From: Histomonas meleagridis 2922-C6/04-290x
Lineage: Eukaryota; Protista; Parabasalia
Length of the DNA stretch: 64,000 nt
Direction: 5' to 3'
NCBI GenBank assembly: GCA_020184695.1
Contig: JAANOX010000270.1
Location: forward strand, 89,659-153,658
Shown: in pieces, positions 1 through 11,191 of the stretch
Position numbering within the stretch: position 1 is the stretch's first letter
Layout: every line of letters begins with the position of its first letter
Program-made: the position numbers and the translations under genes
Notes under the pieces: generated by a model
Databases searched by the model: none
What the model was told of the DNA's origin: nothing
The model's input: only the letters and a program-made list of their open reading frames with translations

Positions 1-78
1 GAATTAATTCGGTTCGTTTATGGAGCTTAATGTAATAAACAGATGTTTTTCTTCATCCGATTTTAAATTTAACGATTA

Positions 79-86
79 AAAGTGAC
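79..86 (+). promoter_or_regulatory. AAAGTGAC core-promoter motif (reverse-initiator type); also at 17477-17484 (+) and 22578-22585 (-)
   Basis: Same octamer lies shortly upstream of three different start codons; it is the reverse complement of GTCACTTT, an Inr-like sequence. Confidence 0.5.
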
Positions 87-116
87 AGTCAAAATTGAAA
101 AGTTGAAAATTTTTAT

Positions 117-1629
117 ATGTCACTGGTTCCAAAACAAATCGGAAATTACCTTGTTATAGGTAGTCTGGGTTCTGGAACCTCTTGCAAAGTAAAACTAGCT
201 GAAAACAAAGAAACACATGAACGATTTGCAATAAAAATCTTAAAAAAAGGAACATTGTTATCTAAACCAAATCTTTATTCAAAAATACAGAGAGAAATCG
301 CTTTAATGAGCCTCCTAAATCATCCTAATATTCTTAAGCTTTTTGAAGTTTTTGAATCAACAAGACATCTTCATATTGTTCTTGAATATGCAGAAAACGG
401 TGAGTTATTTGATTTGGTTGTACAACATCAACACTTATCAGAACCAGATTCTATGCACATTTTTAGACAAATTATATATGCTCTTGAATATCTTCATATT
501 CATGGAATTTGTCATCGTGATCTAAAACCCGAAAATATACTTTTGGACCAATATGACAATGTAAAGCTTGCGGATTTTGGCTTTGCTCGTTGGATGAAAA
601 CTGGTGTTGCAAATACATCATGTGGTTCACCACATTATACAGCCCCTGAAGTTATTAAATCGCAACCATATTCCGGAGTTCAAGCAGATGTTTGGAGTTC
701 TGGCATAATTTTATATGCAATGCTTTCAGTATGTTTTTAAATATTTGGTTAAATTCCTATTTCGCTATGTTTATGAATGTGGGATTAACTAAATATCTTT
801 TGTATGACTATCTAACACACAGGGTAAGCTTCCATTCAATGATGTCAACTTACGAAATTTGCTCTATAAAATCTCTAAAGGTGATTATCAAAATCTGACA
901 GATGTAAGTTCTGATATTCAGGATCTTATATCACGGATTCTTATTGTTGATCCAGAAAAACGCATCACCATTCCAGAAATAAAGGAGCACCCCGCCTTTC
1001 GTTTGGGGTTACCCGACGGTTATGCCATTCCAAAACCGTTGACCCTCCCCGATGTGGGGTACCCCATTGATCCTCAAAGCATTGATTCCAAAGTTTATCA
1101 ACTTTTGAAACAAGTTGGGTATCAAGATGAAAACGAACTGAACAATGACTTATTATCTGATGAGCCTACCATGATCAAAGTATTTTATTTAATGCTTACG
1201 AAGCAATATAAAGAATTTATGATACCATTTAAAAATGAACTCGAAAACAAAAAAGTTAATGAAGTTAATGAACAAATTGATGGAAAAGCAACAATGGGTT
1301 CAGTTGCAAAGAAAGTTGATTGGATATTTAATGATAATGGAAATGTAATTTTCGAAATCGAAGAATGTATTTGCGGACTTAAAATGCAATGTTCAGATGC
1401 AATGTTCGTTGTTCAGAAGCTATTGAAGAAATGTGAGTGTGAATGGTTTTATCCTAATGAGAGATTAATTATCGCAATGACTAAGTCATTGGCTGTTGTG
1501 CAGTTCGAAATTGTTAATGAGGATATGAATGAATATTCGATGTATGTGAAAATGGATGGAGCAGAGAGAAGTGAATTTAATGAATTGTTTGATGAACTCA
1601 AAAAAGAATTGGTAAATCCTATCTGTTAA
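117..1629 (+). CDS. CAMK-group (SNF1/BRSK/MARK-like) Ser/Thr kinase, join(117..728,823..1629), 472 aa
   Basis: GSLGSGT, HRDLKPEN, DFG and CGSPHYTAPE motifs. Removing 729-822 joins YAMLS to GKLPFNDVNLRNLLYKI, restoring kinase subdomains IX-X in frame with ORF 859..1629. Confidence 0.93.
729..822 (+). other. Spliceosomal intron, 94 nt, phase 0
   Basis: GTATGT 5' site and TCTAACACACAG fused branch point/3' site (one mismatch to the trichomonad ACTAACACACAG). Removal restores the kinase frame. Confidence 0.93.
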
Positions 1630-1804
1630 ATTATGTCTTTTTATTAAATTTTTTTGTTTTTACACATCCACAAAAATAAATTAAATAAAAAATCATTTTA
1701 AAATTAACGGTGACACGTTACATTTTGCCAGCGGTTTGATGTAAACAAAAGTGAAGTTAAAAGTGTCATGTTTAATTGTGTTTAGAAATCGACACTTGTT
1801 TATC

Positions 1805-2983
1805 TTAAGCTGTGCTTTGCCAATGTTTTGCTGCTCTATCAGCGCCAATTTCCTTGAAATCATTCTTGCTAATCCATGAATTAGATTTATCAGCAGTCAA
1901 ATTAGCAAGAACAGTTGCACCAAGGTAAACAAGGTAACGACGATTTGGTGGATCTTCGACCTTAATCTTATAGCTCTTGAGTTGTTTTCTGTCGTTCTTG
2001 AGGACATTCTTAAGAACTAAGTTCTTAAGATCGTTCTCAATACGGGTAGAAAGGCCTGGGAACATTGTTGTGCCTCCAGAAACAACAATAGATTGGAAGA
2101 ATTGCTTACGAAGATTGATATCAGCTTTCATGATGGTCTCGAAAATGAGATCGGAAAGTCCTGGCGTTTCAAGACCAAGTTGGTAAGGCTGGAAAAGAAC
2201 TTCTGGGGCTTCGAAACGTTCACCGGAAACTTTGATTACACGGCCATCTGGTAATGTGTATGGAACAACATAAGTTGTTGTCTCTTTGGCAATGCGACGA
2301 TCCATTTCAATGTCGGCTGAGATGAAGCACATCTTTTCCTTGATTTCACGAACAACATCAAAATCAGATGTCTTATGGAATGTATAACCACGAAGTGTAA
2401 GAAGCTTAACCATATGCTCTGTGATATCACGGCCTGCAATATCCATACGGCCAACAAGATGTGGGAGAAGATAGTTTTCGCAAATTGGCATAATGTGTGT
2501 AACACCATCACCTGAGTCAACAACAACACCTGTGACTAAACCTTGAGCATAAAGAACAAGGATGGCTTGTGGTGAGATTTGGATTGCTGGGAAGTCATAT
2601 TTTTCAAAGAAGATTTCCATCATCTTCTTTCTGTTTTCGAGTGGGTTAAGTGGTGCTTCAGTGACGAGGACTGGGTGTTCGGAGCAGTTAATCTTAAGTT
2701 TATTCTTCCAGATATATTCAAGAACTAATTGTTCATCTTCCCAGTTTTTGACGACACCATGTTCGACAGGGAGTGAAAGGTCAAGGTATTGACGGACGTC
2801 GTTGATCTCATCGCAGATCATTTGGTCCTTAAGCTTTGCGCGTGAGAATGATTCATCTGAACGAAGGATTGGACGACCAACTGTGTTCGGGAGAACAAAA
2901 TCTGGAATCTGGGAGGTGCTCATACCGACCTTAAGGAAACCAGTACCGAGATCGAGAACGACGGGTGTCTTATGTCCTGACAT
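1805..2983 (-). CDS. ARP2: Actin-related protein 2, 392 aa (start MSGHK at 2983)
   Basis: Actin fold with Arp2-type motifs: VGRPILRS, TEAPLNPLENRKKM, DSGDGVTH, ERFEAPEVLFQP, IEDPP-like KVEDPPNRRYLVYLG. Confidence 0.92.
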   Translation of the reverse strand: MSGHKTPVVLDLGTGFLKVGMSTSQIPDFVLPNTVGRPILRSDESFSRAKLKDQMICDEINDVRQYLDLSLPVEHGVVKNWEDEQLVLEYIWKNKLKINCSEHPVLVTEAPLNPLENRKKMMEIFFEKYDFPAIQISPQAILVLYAQGLVTGVVVDSGDGVTHIMPICENYLLPHLVGRMDIAGRDITEHMVKLLTLRGYTFHKTSDFDVVREIKEKMCFISADIEMDRRIAKETTTYVVPYTLPDGRVIKVSGERFEAPEVLFQPYQLGLETPGLSDLIFETIMKADINLRKQFFQSIVVSGGTTMFPGLSTRIENDLKNLVLKNVLKNDRKQLKSYKIKVEDPPNRRYLVYLGATVLANLTADKSNSWISKNDFKEIGADRAAKHWQSTA

Positions 2984-2989
2984 TTGATT

Positions 2990-2994
2990 AATGA
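2990..2994 (-). promoter_or_regulatory. Initiator (Inr) TCATT upstream of ARP2; similar Inr at 15982-15986 (-), 54820-54824 (-), 54846-54850 (+)
   Basis: TCAYT a few to about 25 nt upstream of ATG, the standard trichomonad core promoter arrangement. Confidence 0.65.
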
Positions 2995-3312
2995 ACAAAA
3001 GTGCTTGGTTTCACTTTTTGATTCAAACCGCTTTCCAGGGTGTAAAAAATACAGAACCCCAAAAAATGCTACATATTATTAAATTTTTAAGGTAATACTT
3101 AAATGAAATAATTAACAAAATTAAGTTTCGGATTTCTTATATAGTGAAATGAAGAATTCTGAATTTGGTTATCGGATATTTCTATTTTGCGTATTTCTGT
3201 GCTTATTTGGTCGGATAATTTACAAAAATCGTTTTTACTTATTTCTAAATGATCATAGCTACAATTGGTAAAGCAGAAATTGCAACTTTTCCTAATGTCT
3301 TGAAGAACTTTC

Positions 3313-6300
3313 CTACGCCCTTCTTAAATTTTTGATCTTCTTTGAGATTACTTTTGCCTCATTGTTTAATTCTTCGATGCATTCACTTAACAATGAAGCG
3401 CTGTATGCCTTTAACTCACTTCTAATACTTTCATTTGCATCTGATATAACATAATCACATTTCCGATTAAGTCTACTTACAACATCACACGGTAATACAT
3501 CCGAAGGACTTCCTGACCTATTTTGCATTTCAGTTCTTATTGACATTTTTTCTCTTTCTAATTCCATTCTAATCTTTTCTTTGAAGTCGCTTTTGATTTG
3601 TATTTTTGTTCCTTTCTTCTTCAGAAAGTTGATTTAAACTTTTCATATGTGTTTGAATTTGACTTGTGATATAATCTTCAAGTTTCTTATTAATACTTTC
3701 ATTAACACTACCTGAATAACGTGATTTAAATTCATTAATGCAATTATTAGTTATCATATCATTTAAATTTCGTGAGATTCGATTTAACTTTTCGAAGTCG
3801 CTTCGTTTGATTTTATATTCTTGTGCTGTGAATTCATTCTTCATTATAGATTCCGCAATTTGTTTCAAGCTTTCGATAACTTTCTCTATTTTATGCGCGT
3901 TTTGTCCCATTTCGATTAATATACTTTTAGCTTGTGAACGTATGAAATCTTCAACTTGTTGTCGTGCAGCTTGATTGATATTAAATTGAAGACATATTCG
4001 ATCGAGTTCAAGTTGACATTCATTTTCTAAGTTACGAATACGACTTTCATTTAATATTGCGGATTCATCAGTTGATAATATGTTATTAATTTTCTCTTGT
4101 GCTATTGCCATTCTTTCGGATATAAAAGATAACATTTTGTCTTCTTAATCTTTTGTAGTTTTCTTAATTCGTGTTTCTTTTTCTTGTTTAATTCATCCAT
4201 TTTACCAATTAACTTATTATATATATAATTGTCAATTTTATTGCGTATTTCTTTCGGTATTTTTTCTTTGGATTCATTCTTAAGTGTTGTTAAGATTTTG
4301 CGCTTAATACTTCTTAATAAACTAATTGATATTTGTGTATATTGCGAAATATCACTGTTTTGGATATCAGCTTTTTGTTGTTCAATTTCTTCTTCTATAA
4401 TATATGTATTTCAGTATTAATGTTTTCTTGTATTTCCATAATGATTGAAAAATCAATTTTTTCTTCGGATCCAATTCGATTTAATTCATTAATACAATCA
4501 TCAGAATCTAATGAACATAACCTTAAAAGTTCACCTAAATCTGATGATTTACTATTAGTCATTGTGTGTTCTGATTGTTTTTTCTTTGTTTCGATATACG
4601 AATTAATTTCATCTTGTAAATATTTATGTTGTAATTGTTTCATTTGATCCCTAAGTTCATTAAATACTTTACATTTTGTTGATATTTCATCAGAAATTTC
4701 TCGTTTTAATTCTTTATATACATTTGAATCTTTTACTTTCTCTTCTTCGATTTTACTATCGAATTCTTCTGTTAATTCTTTAATAATTTTGACGGAGTCT
4801 ATAATTGGTAATTCAATAATTGTTCCTTCTTTAATTGTTGATTCGATTTTATTAATTTGATTATCAAGTTCTTGAATTTTCTTTTTAATGATTTCTTCAA
4901 CAATTGGTTTATATTTGTTCTCATAAGTTTTATTTTTCGTATCTAGAAAAACTTGATTAACAATCTGAATGATGTCTTGTTGTTCAGGCAAATTAATTAA
5001 CTTTTCAAACATTTCACATGCGCTTTCACAATCAAATGTAAAATCTTTTCGTGCTTCTTCAATATGATTTATAAGTCTTTGCGCAAAGATTTTGAACCCG
5101 AGATTAAATTCATACCCTTGTGACATTATATCCGCATTTATAGAAGGGCGACAATAATTTCCTATGAACGAAATTCTTAGTAATTCCAAAAATAAACTCT
5201 CTGTATATCAGTTAATGCACGAAAATTCGGTATTTTTGGGATTCCATCGTAACGTTTTGTTGTTTGTATATTTCAATGCACGATGAGAATTTTTAATGTT
5301 TATTTTGTACGTTAAAACAAAGATGAAAATTTTGCACTTTGAACAGGCAACCAAATTAACGGCCATTGAGATATAAAAATTATATATTATGGTATCATTA
5401 GGAAATTCAAGACTTTTATCTTCAACTAAATATTCTACCATTAGAAGAAATGTTGAATCATCCCAATTAACTTAGTAAATTTTTCTTCTTGTATCTCTTT
5501 ATAATTTTAAACGGCTTCACCATCCGACCAGATAGACTCAAATAATAATATTGAAAAACGTTACGATAAGATTTTAATAATTTCAAGATATTTGAGTTAA
5601 TGAATCATATAGACAATGGATATATGATATCAAGGAATTTTGTTTAGCCGTTTTTTAGAAATTATCGATTTTCTGATTTTTCCAACTTTTAGAATGTTGT
5701 AACGCGTAAACCATTTAATATTGAATGTTGTAAAAAATAAATTATTTAATAAAAAAGGTGTTCTTACTCAATATCTGTATGTTAATATGAGATAATATTT
5801 CAATTTATATAATTCAAGACAATATTTTACAAAATATTGTATTTTAAATGATGGCATGTTCTTTATTTAGGCCAATATTCAAAAAATAAATTTTGGCGGT
5901 TTTTTAAACGGCTTTGTCGCCCCTTCTGCATTTATATTCATTAGATAAAGTGGAATAACATCATTATATTGAATCGTATTTTGATTCTTCCTGACATCTA
6001 TCAAATTTGCCTTTACTTGGCTGATATTTAGGGACATTTCTTACAAGTGCAATTAAATTTTTGCTTAAATCACTTTTTAACGTTCCGCAATTATCAGATC
6101 AATTGTTTTGGGAATTTCTTTAATTGTATCTGCTTCGTCAATTGAAAAGGTTAGATTTAACATAGATATAATAACACTGGATAATGCAGCATATGGATAA
6201 ATAAGTTGGCTCATAAGATAGTGACCGGCCTGAATTTGACAATTGAGCTTTAAAACCACCAGACCCTTCAGTATCAATAAAAAATATTTGAGTTTCGTTG

Positions 6301-6608
6301 TTTGGAATTATTTCCATTCCAAACTTTTTCCTAAAATCATTATAATGAAAAGGCCCATAAATAAAAGCGCCAGTAGTTTCTTCATCCCTCCCATTACCAA
6401 CAACAATACTGTTATCGCCGGTAAGTAATTTTAATGTACTGGACTTCCCAATTTCGTATGAACCAAAAATTTTTACAAAAATAATTGGCTTTCCTTGTGC
6501 TTCCATCATTGCATCCTTGAACTCATTGAGAACATGCTTGAATTTCCGGTTTTCTCCTTTGTCATCGCGTATTGTTGTCTTGTGATGTGGGAGTATAGAG
6601 TTATTCAT
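3313..6608 (-). pseudogene. Guanylate-binding protein (GBP/atlastin-like) GTPase plus long coiled coil, broken by many frameshifts and stops
   Basis: GSYEIGKS P-loop, FFIDTEG, then in other frames AALSSVII and LIALVRNVP (GBP-type motifs). Downstream coiled-coil fragments 4395-5189, 3569-4135 and 3313-3567 lie in shifting frames. Confidence 0.7.
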
Positions 6609-6830
6609 ATTACAGATTGAGGTGGTTTTTTTAAAATAGTGACATATATAAAAGACGGTTAAGAGCAGCTCTTAATTTCTTTTAATATCCTTCAAATAAT
6701 TATTATAAAAATCATAAAAATTTATTGAATTTGAAAGAGAAAAAAAATTAGAAGAATGAATTTTTTATGCATGTATAGTAAAAAATAAAATGATTCATAA
6801 ATTATTTCATTTGAATTTTGAGATGTTACT

Positions 6831-8725
6831 TTATTTGATTAGGGAACTTTTATCAATTCCTTCTTGTTCAAGAAGTAATTTAACGATTTCTGTATAACCA
6901 TTATCAGATGCATACATAAGTGCTGTTTGAAATATTTCGAATAATTTCCAAATATTATTTTGAAATATAAAATTATTAAAATAAATATTAAATAAAACAA
7001 ATAAATATTTTGAGCATCCATATCAATTCCTTCTTGTTCAAGAAGTAATTTAACTATTTCTGTATGACCATTTAAAGATGCATTAATAAGTGCTGTATTA
7101 AATGAATTAAATAATTTCCAAATATTATTTTGAAATATAAAATTATAAAAACAAATATTAAATAAAACAAACAAATATCTTTAGCATTAATATCAATTCC
7201 CTCTTGTTCAAGAAGTAATTTAACTATTTCTGTATGACCATTTAAAGATGCATTAATAAGTGCTGTTTGAAATAATTTAAATAATTTCCATATATTATTT
7301 TGAAATATAAAATTATAAAAACAAATATTAAATAAAACAAACAAATATCTTTAGCATTAATATCAATTCCTTTTTGTTCTAGAAGTAATTTAACTATTTC
7401 TGTATAACCTTTTAAAGATGCCCAAATAAGTCCCGTTCTAAATAATTTAAACAATTTCCAAATATTATTTTGAAATAAGAAATTATTAAAATAAATATAA
7501 AATAAAACAAATAAATATCTTTAACATTAATATTAATACTTTCGTGTTCTAAAATATATTTAACAAGTTCAAAGTTTCCTGAACGTGCTGAAAAAACTAA
7601 AATATCTTTTGGAATTTGATTATGTTGAAGAAAATGTTTAACAAGAAAAATATTTCCAAAGTCTGCTGATACATTAATAATATCATCATTAATTTTCATT
7701 CCTTCTTTTTGCAAAAATGAGAAAATTTCAAAATTAAAATATGAAACACAATTCTTTCCTAATTCTTCCAAAATATTTTTTTTATTTGCGCCAACAATAT
7801 ATTGAATAACATTATTTTCACCAAATTTTTCTAATTTTTTTTCATAAATATATTTGAAGATATCATTTCGTTGAAACTTAATTGCTGTTTCATATGCATT
7901 TTGAAAAGATGAATGATTTTGTTCACATAAATGAATTATTTCTTCATTTCCACCTGCAACTGCATATTGACCTGTATTTGATAAATTTGCACCATTCATA
8001 AGTAAATATTTAAAACATTTAACAGATCCAAAGAATGCTGCATAATTAATTAATGAAGCATAATTATTAACGAAAGAACATCTTTCATAAGGTGATGGTT
8101 CAATTGTTTGATCAAAATCAAAATCTTCTTGAGATGAAATTTCTTGAAGTTTTTCTATTTCATCATTTCGAATTATTTTTGTTATTTCATTTGGGTTATG
8201 TCCATCTTCAATTAATTTTTTATGAAGTTCAAAATCATTCTTTGATAGTTCTTCATAATTATCTGTTATAAATTTAACAGATTCATAATATTCTAAATCT
8301 TTAATTTTTTCATTTGTCATGTATTGAAGAAAATACCCACCATGAAAGTTTATATCCCTAGTGCAAATGTTATCTAATATTTTCTTATCGATTAATTTAC
8401 TTTCAATCATTTTAGTAATCATATAATGGAATTCTTGCCTGTTTTCATTATCATAAAAATGTGCATATATATAAATATCAAAAATATCAATTTCTTTTAG
8501 AAAGCTCATTTCCAATTTTTGAATTTCTTTGAGAAAATTCAAATACAAATCAATTTCTTTCTCTCGCAAAACTAGAGCCGCATGTGTAATTCTAACTATA
8601 AGTAAATTAAAAGAGAATGGATAAGTATTACTAAATTTGTCAACGATTGATTTTGCAGATTGTTCAATATTTTCTTTGTTTAGGTTAAAGATTAAATTTT
8701 TAATAAATAGTAGTAGATCCCACAT
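6831..8725 (-). CDS. DUF3447-type ankyrin-repeat gene A, with four 80-nt spacers (7437-7516, 7267-7346, 7097-7176, 6927-7006)
   Basis: AAFFGSVKCFKYLLMNGA / YAVAGGNEEIIHLCEQ region, then open 90-nt ankyrin modules at exact 170-nt period, ending GIDKSSLIK*. Functional only if the spacers are removed. Confidence 0.7.
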
Positions 8726-9000
8726 CGTATATGGCTGTCAAAAAGGCCTTTCATTCAATTTTTGAATTAACGGTTATTTTAAATGAACGAAATTTATTTA
8801 CAAGTCACTTTTTCAATTTCAATGCGTAAGGAGAACACTGGATATTTCTCTTTAATCTCTTATTCAAATATAGTAAAAGGAGATAAATTGACCCAAATAG
8901 TCAATATTCCGCATAATATTAATCCATCATATCATGACACTCAAGAACCAATGACTGTTGATACATTCACTGTTCGTATTCAAAATTTTGAATTTTAAAT

Positions 9001-9775
9001 AATGATTTTATTGGTTATGCAGCAAACCTTTGAAGATTTTATTAATTTATCATTTTTTGCAAGTAGCACAACAGGATGGGTTACAAAAATATTTATCGAT
9101 ATTATGCCTTAATATTTGTATCCGAAGTATTGTATCATAGGCTTCAGATGAATCTTTACTTCTATTCGTTGATGGGCATCCTTCAAGATGGGATTTTAAA
9201 GCTAATTTAATTTTTTGGTTATTCAATATTGATGTTATTTCATTTCCGGGTCATTGTTCGAATTTACTGCAAATGTTCGATGTTGTCATTGCAAGTCTCC
9301 TTAAAAAAAGAATTAGTACTATAAAAACTCATTTGAACGCTTTTTAAATACATTAAATATAAGTAGCTTAAAAGAATTTCAAAAACTGGATAATTAAGAA
9401 TATTATTAATTTTCAGTTTTATTACAGCAATGCAAGGAACATTAACAACAAAGAATTCTTTAAAAAGTTTCAGTAAAATAGGAATTTTTCCTTTTAATCC
9501 AACTGTCCCTCTTAAAAACTATTATGCAATGGATCCTCCAGAGGTATCTTCAAAGGAGCTACTCTAAACCAAGTGCTAAATGGTTAGCAAGCGAAGAATC
9601 TTTATGTCAAATGATTATGGAAGAAAATAATCGACCAATGACAAATGAAGATTTTTAAATTTCGATACATAGAAGAATGGAAGAACTTAGGAATGCAACT
9701 CTCGAGCAAGTAATTCCATCAACATCAGATCCGGATATACTATGCATTACACAAAAAAACATTTTCAATATTTAA
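9001..9775 (+). mobile_element. Degenerate DDE_1 (pogo/Tigger-like) transposase remnant
   Basis: Fragments ASSTTGWVTK, LLLFVDGHPSR, FPGHCSNLLQMFDV and SFSKIGIFPFNP match DDE_1 consensus blocks (SGW, DGHxSH, PPHTSHLLQPLD, GIxPFNP). Multiple stops and frameshifts; no TIRs identified. Confidence 0.75.
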
Positions 9776-10439
9776 TGAAAATAACTATTTAAATCAATAA
9801 ACAAGTCTGAATTTAATTTTATGTATTTGACGGAATTCAAAAAAAATTTTTTATGTAAAATTAATTTTGTGATTTCGAAAAAATATCAAAAATATTTGAA
9901 ACAACATATGCGCTATAATATCTATTGGGTACTTGCTTTGTTTTGTGAGTAAAAACTATGCAATACATATACAAATAAATTTGTTTCTATAAAGGTCTCT
10001 GTGTTCATACAGTGCATGTTTGGTAATTTATCTTATAGTATGATAAATTCAAAATTGAATCAATAATTGGATAATCTTGTAAATAAAAAAATAAATTTAA
10101 AACCTCTAATTTATTAATAATATAATCCGCAGAGTGCAACGTGTCAAATTATATTTATATGTTGTGGCCTTAATCAACAAATCCACTTGTTGCAATACAG
10201 TCAATGGTTCTGTATTTTCGAAGTCCAATGCATATATTTAATCGGAAATTCCTTTGACAAAAATCATGATTTTTGATAGATTCAATTGTTTAGTATTTTT
10301 TCCTTTTTTCTTACCTAAAGTTTATTCCTTTATAACTACAAATACAGAAATTATTTGATTCATTTAAATAAAAGAAATCTCCTTTTGAAAATTGTTCTCT
10401 GATAAATATTTCCTAAGTTGGCCAACGCATGGGGAAAGT

Positions 10440-10898
10440 GGTGTAGTTGAAATAATAAAATTTTGTGATTTATAAGAAAATTTGGAAAGTATTTTCAATA
10501 TATTTTACTCCACTTATTTGGGTATCTATTAATGGACATAAAAAAATAGTTCAAATATTACTTAAACAAAAAAGCATTGATATTAATGCCAAAAATTTAT
10601 GCTTTTTCTTATATTATATTTATATGAATCTTTTTATATTTCCAAATTATTTTTGAAAACAGCTCTTATAAAAGCAATTGAAAATGAACATGTTAAAAAT
10701 GATAATATTGATATGAATATTAATGATTTAAATGATTTTCATATTAAATATTCAAAATTTTAACATAATTTTTGGAATTTATTAAAATTAAAAGAAACGG
10801 CTCTTATTCATTCAACTAAAAAAGAAAACACAGAAATTGTCAAATTACTACAAAATATAAACGAAAAAAGGGTAAAAAAGAAAATATTTTATGTATGA
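10440..10898 (+). pseudogene. Orphan degenerate ankyrin module/spacer array (locus B)
   Basis: Modules TPLIWVSINGHKKIVQILLKQKSIDINAKN, TALIKAIENEH and TALIHSTKKENTEIVKLL, separated by decayed spacers with TTTGGAA cores. No DUF3447 5' part recognised. Confidence 0.7.
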
Positions 10899-11191
10899 AA
10901 ATGTTTTTGTATTTAAATAGATCCGTCTTTTTTTCAAAATGTTCAACAACACATTACAAAGATACATATTTTTTCAAACGAAATTGATGTAAATTTACCT
11001 TACCAAAATATATGAAGTGATAATAATATTTTTGAAATATTAGAAAATCAAAAAAGACTAGTTCTGATATCTTCCCATTATAACTACGGCTGAATTTCGT
11101 AAGAATAATGTCGTTTTACATCTGCAAAATTTGAATGATAATTAATTTTTTCCAACGTTTAAATATTTAAAAAACAAATTTAAAATATTTT

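Noticed and set aside
1977-2987. Short ORFs overlapping ARP2 (and similar shadow ORFs over other genes)
   Set aside because: Antisense or alternative-frame shadows of well-supported genes.
6920-7270. ACAG of the Thr-Ala codons as the 3' splice site (RTTTGT...ACAG, frame-restoring)
   Set aside because: Would delete the Thr of the TAL motif and give 30-aa repeats, and AG is absent in copies reading ACG GGA, ACG GCA or ACA CCA. Kept only as a minor alternative to test in cDNA.
6831-7516. 170-nt periodic repeat/spacer pattern as a CRISPR array
   Set aside because: Eukaryotic context, no cas genes, both parts of the unit are homologous between copies and one part encodes ankyrin.
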